Assembly (NCBI GenBank): GCA_964016885.1
Contig: OZ024755.1
Span: forward strand, 27,900,001-27,964,000
Direction: 5' to 3'
DNA from: Eledone cirrhosa
Lineage: Eukaryota
DNA length: 64,000 nucleotides
Part shown: positions 1-11,600 of the stretch, piece by piece
Layout: each line of letters starts with the position of its first letter
Numbering within the stretch: position 1 is the first letter of the stretch
Notes under the pieces: generated by a model
Seen by the model: only the letters and a program-made list of their open reading frames with translations
Told to the model about the DNA's origin: nothing
Database searches by the model: none
Position numbers and translations under genes: made by a program

Positions 1-402
1 ATAACTGGAATACCTTTGATCGGAGATCTGCTTGTTCAGAGCTGACTCATCTACGAAAATATGAGACACTCTTTCACATTTCACATTCTCGGGAAAAGAA
101 AATAGTTCACTATGTAAACTAAATATGCTACAACTTATCAACCTTTTGTCGTTATCTGATTTGATAAAATGACAAACTACTACTGATATTTCATTGGTAA
201 TCTGTTTTACCCATGAGCTTTTACATATACATGTATGGACCTGTGACTCTTAGTGCAGTTGTTCAGGCGCCATAGTGAAATACGACATTTCTTGAGCATT
301 TTAAGCCTGGCTGAGCTCATTCTTCTCCGGGTCTGAACAAACATTTTCTTCCAGGGATAAGAGAGGGAGTGATACAGAAGTGAGAAAGATATATAGAGGA
401 AG

Positions 403-702
403 AATTGACCGGCAGGATTTGAACTCAGACTACAGAGAACCGGAACGAATACCGCAAGACATTCTACAGACCTGCCAACTTCTAAAAACCCAAACGGGGA
501 GTACCATGAGAAAAAGTGCCTCCAAACGGGGAGAAATGAGGCAAAATGGGGAGATTTTACATAATTAAAGCTATATCAATTTTCACTAGAGAAGACTTCT
601 CTCACTCACCCCAAAGTGAGTGGGAGATTTCCCCGTCAGATTGGGAGAGTTGACAGGTCTGCATTCTATCCGACATTCTAACGATTCTGCCAATTCACTG
701 CC
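403..702 (-). mobile_element. tRNA-derived SINE head (second subfamily), interrupted by the MITE
   Basis: Minus strand has A-box-like ggcagtgaattggcagaatcgttaga and B-box gagttcaaatcc; similar heads at 1089 and 2766. Confidence 0.6.
467..661. mobile_element. MITE, hAT-like non-autonomous DNA transposon, inserted in a SINE
   Basis: Terminal inverted repeats cagacctgccaact / agttgacaggtctg; flanking direct repeat cattcta at 460-466 and 662-668; second copy at 1279-1637. Confidence 0.75.
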
Positions 703-822
703 AATTACTTTTACAGAAACGCTTTTGTCTTCCCATTTTCATTTATATCGCTTTCCTATCAAAAGTAAATTGTTCAGAGATTAAATAAATCATATCATCT
801 GAATGAAAACAATAAATAAATT

Positions 823-929
823 AATTGTTTCTACTTTAGGCACAAGGCCAGCAATTACCCAGTGCATTACTACTACTTTATTTTATCGACCCCGTAAGGA
901 TGAAAGGCAAAGTCAACCTCGGTGAAATT
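823..929 (-). mobile_element. tRNA-derived SINE, 3' half
   Basis: Matches the window-wide consensus aattgtttctactttaggcacaaggccagcaatt...atcgaccccgtaaggatgaaaggcaaag. Confidence 0.8.
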
Positions 930-1278
930 AATACTAACAAATTTAAGGTATGGAACTTTAAATATGTTGTTTACAGAATGCTTAACATGTTATCTTTTTT
1001 TTAGGTCTAAAGTGTAACTCTTTTTTCTGGTTGCTGTATTCTGGTTTGTTGTTTTATCTCTAGTCACATTAGTTAGATGTCTTTAAGAGGCAGCGAATGG
1101 ACAAGGCCGTTTGAACGTCGGCTAGAATGCTTTGTGGTATTCGTTCCGGCCCTCTGTATTCTGAGTTCAAATCCCATCGATATCAACTTTGTCTTTCATC
1201 CTATCGAGGTCGATAAAAGAAAAAGCCAGTATAGCGAGTCAAATGTATAAATGAATGGTGTTGTTGTGGTGTTGATTC

Positions 1279-1637
1279 CAGACCTGTCAACTCTCCCCGT
1301 CAGACGGGGAGATCTCGTACCCACTTTGTGATGGATGAGAGATGTCTTCTCTTCTGGGTGGATTGGCAGTATCGGTAGAGAGTCGGACGCCATGCTTTCC
1401 AGCATAGTTACGTCCCTTTACGGTCTGAGTTCAAATCCCGCCGAGGTTAACTTTGCCTTTCATCCTTACGGGGTCGATAAAATAAAGTACCAGTAATGTA
1501 CTGGGTATTTGCTGGCCTTGTGCCAAAAGTAGAAACAATTATGTAAAAATCTCCCCATTTTGCCTCATTCCTCCTCGTTTTGGGGCACTTTTTTTTCACG
1601 GTACTCCCCGTTTGGGTTTTAGAGGTTGGGAGGTCTG
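1279..1637. mobile_element. Second MITE copy in opposite orientation, carrying a full SINE at about 1357-1540
   Basis: TIRs cagacctgtcaact / ggttgggaggtctg; body is the reverse complement of 467-661. Confidence 0.75.
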
Positions 1638-1691
1638 TGATTTGGTTGTTTTATGTGTACTTACTTGTAGATTTATCAGTAATGTGGTCCC

Positions 1692-1857
1692 CCGAGGGCC
1701 ACATGGGTCACATATGTGTTATCTGAGGGCCACATGGGTCACATATGTGTTGTCTGAGGGTCACGTGGGTCATATATGTGTTGTCTGAGGGCCACATGGG
1801 TCACACATGTGTTGTCTGAGGGCCACATGGGTCACATATGTGTTGTCTGAGGGCCAT
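1692..1857. repeat. Minisatellite, 31-bp unit, about 5 copies
   Basis: Unit gagggccacatgggtcacatatgtgttgtct repeated in tandem. Confidence 0.9.
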
Positions 1858-2038
1858 GTTTCTACTTTAGGCACAAGGCCAGCAATTACTCAGTGCATTA
1901 CTGCTACTTTATTTTATCGACCCCGTAAGGTTGAAAGGCAAAGTCAACCTCGGCGGGATTTGAACTCAGATCGTAAAGGGACGTAACTATGCTGGAAAGC
2001 ATGGCGTCCGACCCTCTACCGATACTGCCAATCCACCG
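1858..2038 (-). mobile_element. Full-length tRNA-derived SINE (dominant family)
   Basis: Minus strand: A box tggcagtatcgg, B box gagttcaaatcc, core gcctttca.ccttacggggtcgataaa, tail ggccttgtgcctaaagtagaaac. Confidence 0.85.
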
Positions 2039-3094
2039 ATCGATTTACTAAAAGCTCAATGTAGTGCCCCTATAAGTCTTGTACAAAACTATTTTGGTAA
2101 ACGATGTAATACTGAAACAATAGATATTCAAGATATATATAAATTATTACATACAAAATATCAATCAACGGCCTCTGCAATAATAATGCTATACAGAATT
2201 GTATTAACATGTGGCTATAGTTGGTCAAGAGTTGAATGCCTGTTGTCTGCTATGGCTCACATAGACTCACCACAAAGAAGAAGTCACCTTACACAGAATG
2301 CAATTTGACATACATCTTTTTCGAAAAAGATGAATGTGAAAAAAATTAAATTTGAAGAGTTTGTAAATGAGTGGTTAAAGAAACCACGAAAACTATTTTT
2401 TTTGACATTTCATTGTATAATGTGACTTTGTTTGGAATAATATATATATTTTACTAAACAATATTTCTTTATTTTGTTTTGGCATCCCCATGTTTTAACA
2501 TATATTCAAATGGCATTACCTGGCAGAAAACCTGGCTACGGGTTTGGGATATATAGTTTATGCATGCTGCTTGTTTGCCCAAAAAGATGGAGCTAACCAA
2601 CTTCGAGATATGAAATTGCTTTTATTTTATTCAAAGATGTACGAATGTTTTATAAAGATTACGATGAGTGATCAGCGAAGATATTGCAATTGTTTGATTC
2701 TGTCGTAACTTGGGGTATGAAAAACCCCCCACAACAGAGAAACAATATATTACCTATGTGTATAGGCGGCGGACTGGCAGATTCGTTAGAATGACGGATA
2801 GAATGATGTTCTTTAAGGTCAAATCCTACGAGGTCAACTTTGCTTTTCATCCCTTCGAGGTCGATAAAAAAGTACCAGTCTAATACTGAGGTAGATTCTT
2901 CCTCTATATCTCTTTCTCATTCCCTCTCTCTCACTTTCTATCTTTCTCTGGACAAAATCTGCGGTACTCAGGTCTGGAGAAGGATGTGCTCCATTGTTCC
3001 CTTATATATTAATATTATTGATACTCTGCTTCACAAGAGTATTGAGTGCTCGTTCGACATACCGCCTACGGACGCAATTCATTTGCGCCTTATA

Positions 3095-3131
<37 letters not shown>

Positions 3132-3136
<5 letters not shown>

Positions 3137-3330
3137 AAAGAGGCACGACCCCGACGGCTGAACTCCGCTCCGGCATTTCGACAACTAGATCTGTTCGGAT
3201 CTAGCTGTCGAAACGGTCTCGGAGCTCAGCCGTCGGGGTCCTGACTGTTTTCCTATTACCCACACTACTACACTAAGTATTGAGTACTTTGGTGCGTTAT
3301 GGTCCTCCTGCTATCTTACCACATGCTCTT

Positions 3331-3331
<1 letters not shown>
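3132..3331 (+). mobile_element. Penelope-type foldback module, family A (3' half of hammerhead plus tail)
   Basis: Imperfect inverted repeat 3132-3256 followed by tail tattgagtactttggtgcgttatggtc; flanked by (TA)n; relatives at 20693, 34832, 58257, 62207. Confidence 0.7.
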
Positions 3332-3364
<33 letters not shown>

Positions 3365-3402
3365 ATAGATTCGTTCATAGGAGATTCCCCAACATTAAAT
3401 TT

Positions 3403-3718
3403 GGATTGGCAGTATTGGTAGATGGTCAGACGCCATGCTTTGCAGCAAAGAGTTATGGTCTGAGTTCAAATCCCGCCGAGGTTAACTTTGCCTGTCATCC
3501 TTACGGGGTCAATAAAAGTACCAGTAAGTTAGATTCAATCATCTATTTTACAATGCTAGATAATTATACATAAGTTTTAGGATACATTGTATGTTATTCT
3601 TCAACATCCCCTTTCGCTTCCATAAGAGGTAACCTAAACTGTAGGAGGTGTTCTTCATTCGCCATTAGATTCTATTCATGGTATAATTGCTGGCCTTGTG
3701 CCAAAAGTAGAAACAACT
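3403..3718 (+). mobile_element. SINE interrupted by a 156-bp segment also present at 5091-5246
   Basis: SINE head and core to 3524, insert 3525-3680, SINE tail resumes taattgctggccttgtgcc. Confidence 0.75.
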
Positions 3719-3827
3719 AAATTACCAAGCGTTAACCTAACACAAGTTATCTCCCTTTTCACAAGAACGTAAATACGGTCAACATTCATTACGTTTCAAA
3801 GATGGCGGATTAACGAGCTGAGGAAAT

Positions 3828-3994
3828 AATTGTTTCTACTTTTAGGCACAAGGCCAGCAAATTACTCAGTGCATTACTGGTACATTATTTTATCGACCCC
3901 GTAAGGATGAAAGGCAAAGTTAACCTCGGCGGGATTTGAACTCAGATCGTAATTATGCTGGAAAGCATGGCGTCCGACCCTCTACCGATACTGT
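3828..3994 (-). mobile_element. tRNA-derived SINE
   Basis: Same consensus as 1858-2038. Confidence 0.85.
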
Positions 3995-4289
3995 CACGAG
4001 GAAACGTACCTATTTGACAGCTGAAAATGTGAATGAAACCTAATTTTGGATAATACAACTTGTCTCTCGGATTGTGTGCTCTATCAGTTTTGGACAAAAT
4101 ACTTCTTTTGAAGTGCATTATATATATATATATATTTAATGTATAATAAACACTACAATATAATTACCTCATTACCAAAGGTTTCCCGAACAAGACGAAT
4201 ACAAGAAACGTCCGCATTCGTTCGTAACTTACATAGAGCACTCTTCATTCCTCTGACTTTTTCAATTTTCAACGGAAACTTCAATACAT

Positions 4290-4326
<37 letters not shown>

Positions 4327-6216
4327 ATAGGGATCTAGAGCACTATTATACTAAAAGCATACATGCCATTACAATTATTCCAACCTTGTCGGTCATAATT
4401 CACCCAAAAAACAGCTCCTAAAGCAGGACTCTGTTTCTTTTTTGTTCGATAAAAGGAAACTAACCTCGAAAAGTTACTCAATATCAGGTAAAAACTACTG
4501 TTTTCTTCTTATTTTACGCTACTCTTGCCCCTCCACATATTTCCTATTCGTATTGCACGCTCTTAGGCAAATATTTTTTAATACATACGTATATATGTGT
4601 GTGCTTGTGTCTCTCACAGTTTTTCTGTTATTCTGTCTGATCTTTGACTATGGATCCTTGCATCAAACACTTGTTACCTCCGCGTTCTTCCGTTACCCCC
4701 TCCATCTCTCCTCTTTCACCAATCCAAATTAATTTATCGTTCCAAACCAGTTAACATATCTTTAAGCGTGTCGTCTTCCTCACAGCATAAAATTATTATC
4801 CTAATTGAATTATTTGTATTACGTTTTGCTGATGAAGAACATCGCAATTTACCTTGGAGTCTACTTTACGGTCTGAGTTCAAATCCCGCTGAGGTTAACT
4901 TTGCATTTCATCCCTACTGGGTACGTTAAAATAAAGTACCAGTAAGGCACTGAGATAATTGCTGGCCTTGTGCCGAAAGTAGAAACAATGTTATTACATA
5001 TTTTGTTATACGTTGAAATCCTGCCACCATTGACTTTTCCCCTTATCTTTCATCTCATAATCGATAACATTATATATATCTGTCATTTACTAAGTTAGAT
5101 TCAATCATCTATTTTACAATGCTAGATAATTATACATAAGTTTTAGGATACATTGTATGTTATTCTTCAACATCCCCTTTCGCTTCCATAAGAGGTAACC
5201 TAAACCGTAGGAGGTGTTCTTCATTCACCATTAGATTCTATTCATGTCAAGGTCAGAAATTTCACTAAATCTCATATTGCACCTGGTAAGGTTTTCATTA
5301 AGTTGGGAAAATGTCATTTACATCCCCCCCCCCCCGAAAAGTTTCTAAGATAAGAAAAGAAAGACCACGCCCTCTCCACTCTACATTTCACCTTTTAATC
5401 AAACTAATTTACTACTGGTGAATTCATATCGTGTGTAAAACCAGACTGATTTTACCAAATTCTCAATTTCTTATCGATTTATTTTCCAGTTCCTATTCTT
5501 TCTGTGTCAGTCCTTGTCTTTTTGCAAGCAAATATATTTAAAAACTAATAAAACCCTTGTAACTATATATCTTTATGTACCCACCTTTTCATAAGACATC
5601 TTTCTCGACACTAGCATTATAGAACTGTTTCTGTCCAGGTTTATACAGCTCCATACCCTTCCTAACGCCAACCACGTTTACAGTGTTGGCTAGTTGTTTT
5701 AGACACCTACACGATCACTTTACAGTGTGGGCTGGATATATTTTGTTCACAGTGTCAGGATGTTGTGGACAGGAGTTTTATACTGTTTAAGAGGCGCCTA
5801 CTAGAGAGATGTTTGAGTCTGTGTACATCTAAGGCGTGTCTTGTGTATTACTACATAACGCAAAAGATCTCGATCCTGTGGCATTGTCTTTGAGAGGTTC
5901 AGTTGCGCAAGGTCAGCTTTTATCACTTCATCCCAGGTCTTCTTGTGTCTTCCTACTCTATATCGTCCATCAATTTTGATCTCCTGTACCTTTTTAAACA
6001 GTTGTCATCCTTCATAACATTAAATGACCATACTAACGCAATCTCCTTTCTAACACACCGCATCTGATTCCTCTCATACCCAATTGCTTTATATAATACA
6101 TATATATATATATATATATATATGAATGTATGCATGCATAGTGTATTTGGCAATATTGCCAAATATACTATGCATACATTCATGTATACATCGCTATTTC
6201 AGACACCAATCCTAAT

Positions 6217-6262
<46 letters not shown>

Positions 6263-6334
6263 CATACATACATACATACACGAATACCAGGACCTATGTT
6301 AACAGTCTGGGTGTGTTTTTGCACATATAATCTC

Positions 6335-6427
6335 GCATATCTGAAGAAATGTCGAGGAAGAGTTGGGCCCAAGTGATGATGATGATTGTGACCTGAGTTG
6401 ATTCAAATTGAAACAATTGTAATATGC
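6335..6427 (+). ncRNA. Type I hammerhead ribozyme motif with long stem II insert
   Basis: gcatat-CTGAAGA-aat...att-GAAAC-aatt-GTA-atatgc: perfect 6-bp stem I, canonical core, palindromic AATT loop on short stem III. Confidence 0.75.
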
Positions 6428-6601
6428 CAATAAAGTTTAGTTTATATATGCTGCAACAGTCATGATGAGGGGCGATACCCAGAAACATTAGTGTCTGCAG
6501 TTCTGTTTACATGCCAACACAAGAGCAAGAATGAAGGGTTCATTCTACTGACATGGCTTTAAAAATGAGGCTTGTTTGCATAATTGCAAACGAATCGAAT
6601 G

Positions 6602-7320
6602 TTATATATATAAAACTGAGGATGTCTGTGTGAGTTTGAATCCCTAAAACTCGAGAAGCACCCAACCGACTGTTTTCAAACTTTCCACATGTAATACTTA
6701 TGTTTCAGGGAGTCTTCAGAGCAAAATATATTTCAAATTTTCAATGCCCTAGGGACCGGATTAGGCGGTTTAGCGATCTCTCTCTATAATTCTTAGTCTT
6801 TCTCTTTTTAGATAGATACATACATATAACGTCGCGCCCTTATAATATCTGTCTGCACTACGTCACTTCCCTGAGGATGTCTGTCTGTGTGTGTCTGTGA
6901 GTTTGAAATCCCTAAAACTCAAGAAGTACCCAACCGATATTTTTCAAACTTTACATGTGTATTACTTATGTTTCAGGGAGTGTTATGCACATAAAATTCA
7001 ACTTTTTGATATCCTAGGGCCCGCATTAGGTGAAAAACTGCGTTTTTTAAGCTTTTTAGGGTTTTTTTGAGGCGTTACGTCAGACCGATTTCCTTGAAAA
7101 TTGTAACTATCTATTAGTCAGTCTCTTCTTCATACCGCGAGCAAAGAAAATCCACCTTTTTTATGGCATAGGGCCCGCATTAGGTGAAAAACTTTTTTCA
7201 GCTTTTTAGGGCTTTTTGGAAGCGTTACGTCTAGCCGATTTTCCCGAAATTTCAAGGCATATTATGCACATAAAAAAAAATTATTTTCTTGATACCCTGT
7301 ATTTTTCCTGCTTCATCGAG
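6602..7320 (+). mobile_element. Probable non-autonomous Helitron-like element with internal duplications
   Basis: Starts tatatatataaaactgaggatgtctgtgtg; block at about 6616-6735 repeated from 6871; tagggcccgcattaggtgaaaa repeated at about 7015 and 7169; 3' CTAG end not clearly seen. Confidence 0.4.
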
Positions 7321-8608
7321 GAAAATCTTAAAGGTTATCCAGCCATCAGAGTATTCGGTTTATTTTCTTTAAATATTGCCCTGGCATGCAGTTTTTCCAC
7401 GAATAGGGATCAAACTCTATCGTATTATTGTGATCCAAACACTGTAACTCACTTAGCTATGAGCCTTCACAAATGTATGATCTGGTCTCTTCCCATCCCC
7501 ATTGCTGAGGGTCAGGGACCAATGACAATAGCACCAATACTCATCTATTAGATGTTGTATGTCCATAATTCTTATCAGGGGAAAGTGTGTTATCAGGGGC
7601 TCCCGAACCCTCGTCTGTCCATTACTTGGAAACTAGCTACTGAGCTGATGCTCATCTGCCTTACAGGGATGAAGCCATTGGCCACTTGAAAGGTTGTCAC
7701 CCAGCTAACAATAAAGTCCTACCTACTGCGGGTTTGAAATCAAAGTGATTCTTGTCCTAGACATACTGCCTACTAAAGCTAACAAGCTCTGTCTGCCTGA
7801 TATCCTTTTTTTTTTTTGTTTTACACTATTGGATGGCCATTGACTGTCCTAAGTTCCTCCACCCTTTGAAGGGTTTTGTTTTTCATCCTGCAGTGTGTTC
7901 AGAAATCATTGTCCTCACTAAGCTTGCTTGGTGAATTTGCTGGCTTAGTCACCAATAACCGGACCATGTGATGTGTCGTACTGGGTTATGTTACCAGTAG
8001 AGCTCAAGAGCAGCCTGAAATTACTTCACAAATATTACAACATTGAAATAATAATTCTAGTAAATCCCTCCAACTTCATTAGAAATACAGTAACAAAAGG
8101 GTTCACTTTTTAAAATGTTTTGTTTAAATTAATATTTTGAAATTAAAATGGAAGAATAAGCGACGAAAAGATAAACTTTATAAATTGAATTTTTAATTAT
8201 CTTTGGGAAAATTTTGCAATAATACAATGAGTCTGTAAATATTTTAAGTTTAATTATTGCTAATTAATGTCTTCATTATAATTAATGTCTTCATTTTGGT
8301 ATATGCCCCTTCCCCCATATCTGCTTGCGTGGGTTGAACAGGTCTTCTCTATCACTTCTGCCTACGTCTTGGCTTTCCTCTACTCCATTTTCCTTCCATA
8401 TGAATCTAGGGAGGCCCTTATAGTCTCGACAAGATTTAAGGGTCCACTCTACACTACACTCCATTTGATTTTCAAGCTCTTTACATAGTGTGATAGGCAC
8501 ATGTTATTGTGGTTTCAGCTCTAGAGAAGTTAAGTCCTCAACAGGACTTTTGCCTAAGTTTACCATGGAATACCTCTACCACAGCGTCCTACTTTTTTGC
8601 TTTTCTTA

Positions 8609-11600
8609 TGAGGTTCACCCTCCTGAGACCAGCTTCCCTAATATCTGGCTCAGTCTGCCTCGGCATACTTCTACCATGTCTTCCATCCATTTGTGTCTTT
8701 CCTTTGTGAGGTTCACCCTCCTGAGACCAGCTTCCCTAATATCTGGCTCAGCCTGCCTCGGGGTACCTCTACCATGTCTTCCATCCATTTGTGTCTTTCC
8801 GTTGTGAGGTTCACCTTCTTGAGACCAGCTTCCCTAATATCTGGCTCAGCCTGCCTCGGGGTACCTCTACCATGTCTTCCATCCATTTGTGTCTTTCCTT
8901 TGTGAGGTTCACCCTCCTGAGACCAGCTTCCCTAATATCTGGCTCAGTCTGCCTCAGCATACTTCTACCATGTCTTCCATCCATTTGTGTCTTTCCTTTG
9001 TGAGGTTCACCCTCCTGAGACCAGCTTCCCTAATATCTGGCTCAGCCTGCCTCAGGATACCTCTACCATGTCTTATATCCATTTGTGTCTTTCCTTTGTG
9101 AGGTTCACCCTCCTGAGACCAGCTTCCCTAATATCTGGCTCAGTCTGTCTCGGGATACCTCTACCATGTCTTCCATCCATTTGTGTCTTTCCTTTGTGAG
9201 GTTCACCCTCCTGAGACCAGCTTCCCTAATATCTGGCTCAGTCTGTCTCGGGATACCTCTACCATGTCTTCCATCCATTTGCCTTTCCTTTGTGAGGTTC
9301 ACCTTCCTGAGACCAGCTTCCCTAATATCTGGCTCAGTCTGTCTCGGGATACCTCTACCATGTCTTCCATCCATTTGTGTCTTTCCTTTGTGAGGTTCAC
9401 CCTCCTGAGACCAGCTTCCCTAATATCTGGCTCAGTCTGTCTCGGGATACCTCTACCATGTCTTCCATCCATTTGCCTTTCCTTTGTGAGGTTCACCCTC
9501 CTGAGACCAGCTTCCCTAATATCTGACTCAGTCTGTCTCGGGATACCTCTACTATGTCTTCCATCCATTTGCCTTTCCTTTGTGAGGTTCACCCTCCTGA
9601 GACCAGCTTCCCTAATATCTGGCTCAGTCTGTCTCGGGATACCTCTACCATGTCTTCCATCCATTTGCCTTTCCTTTGTGAGGTTCACCTTCCTGAGATC
9701 AGCTTCCCTAATATCTGGCTCAGTCTGCCTCAGGATACCTCTACCATGTCTTCCATCCATTTGCCTTTCCTTTGTGAGGTTCACCCTCCTGAGACCAGCT
9801 TCCCTAATATCTGGCTCAGTCTGCCTCAGGATACCTCTACCATGTCTTCCATCCATTTGTGTCTTTCCGTTGTGAGGTTCACCTTCTTGAGATCAGCTTC
9901 CCTAATATCTGGCTCAGTCTGCCTCGGGATACCTCTACCATGTCTTCCATCCATTTGTGTCTTTCCTTTGTGAGGTTCACCCTCCTGAGATCAGCTTCCC
10001 TAATATCTGGCTCAGTCTGCCTCGGGATACCTCTACCATGTCTTCCATCCATTTGCCTTTCCTTTGTGAGGTTCACCCTCCTGAGACCAGCTTCCCTAAT
10101 ATCTGGCTCAGTCTGCCTCAGGATACCTCTACCATGTCTTCCATCCATTTGTGTCTTTCCGTTGTGAGGTTCACCTTCTTGAGATCAGCTTCCCTAATAT
10201 CTGGCTCAGTCTGCCTCGGGATACCTCTACCATGTCTTCCATCCATTTGTGTCTTTCCTTTGTGAGGTTCACCCTCCTGAGATCAGCTTCCCTAATATCT
10301 GGCTCAGTCTGCCTCGGGATACCTCTACCATGTCTTCCATCCATTTGCCTTTCCTTTGTGAGGTTCACCCTCCTGAGACCAGCTTCCCTAATATCTGGCT
10401 CAGTCTGCCTCAGGATACCTCTACCATGTCTTCCATCCATTTGTGTCTTTCCGTTGTGAGGTTCACCTTCTTGAGATCAGCTTCCCTAATATCTGGCTCA
10501 GTCTGCCTCGGGATACCTCTACCATGTCTTCCATCCATTTGCCTTTCCTTTGTGAGGTTCACCCTCCTGAGACCAGCTTCCCTAATATCTGGCTCAGTCT
10601 GCCTCGGCATACCTCTACCATGTCTTCCATCCATTTGTGTCTTTCCGTTGTGAGGTTCACATTCTTGAGACCAGCTTCCCTAATATCTGGCTCAGTCTGC
10701 CTCGGGATACCTCTACCATGTCTTCCATCCATTTGCCTTTCCTTTGTGAGGTTCACCCTCCTGAGACCAGCTTCCCTAATATCTGGCTCAGTCTGCCTCG
10801 GCATACCTCTACCATGTCTTCCATCCATTTGTGTCTTTCCGTTGTGAGGTTCACCTTCTTGAGATCAGCTTCCCTAATATCTGGCTCAGTCTGCCTCGGG
10901 GTACCTCTACCATGTCTTCCATCCATTTGTGTCTTTCCGTTGTGAGGTTCACCTTCTTGAGATCAGCTTCCCTAATATCTGGCTCAGTCTGCCTCGGGAT
11001 ACCTCTACCATGTCTTCCATCCATTTGTGTCTTTCCTTTGTGAGGTTCACCTTCTTGAGATCAGCTTCCCTAATATCTGGCTCAGTCTGCCTCGGGGTAC
11101 CTCTACCATGTCTTCCATCCATTTGTGTCTTTCCTTTGTGAGGTTCACCTTCTTGAGATCAGCTTCCCTAATATCTGGCTCAGTCTGCCTCGGGGTACCT
11201 CTACCATGTCTTCCATCCATTTGTGTCTTTCCTTTGTGAGGTTCACCTTCTTGAGATCAGCTTCCCTAATATCTGGCTCAGTCTGCCTCGGCATACCTCT
11301 ACCATGTCTTCCATCCATTTGTGTCTTTCCTTTGTGAGGTTCACCTTCTTGAGATCAGCTTCCCTAATATCTGGCTCAGTCTGCCTCGGCATACCTCTAC
11401 CATGTCTTCCATCCATTTGTGTCTTTCCTTTGTGAGGTTCACCCTCCTGAGACCAGCTTCCCTAATATCTGGCTCAGTCTGCCTCGGGGTACCTCTACCA
11501 TGTCTTCCATCCATTTGTGTCTTTCCGTTGTGAGGTTCACCTTCTTGAGACCAGCTTCCCTAATATCTGGCTCAGCCTGCCTCGGGGTACCTCTACCATG

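Noticed and set aside
1357-1440. tRNA genes at SINE heads
   Set aside because: A and B boxes are present, but there is no complete cloverleaf and each is followed by the SINE core and tail
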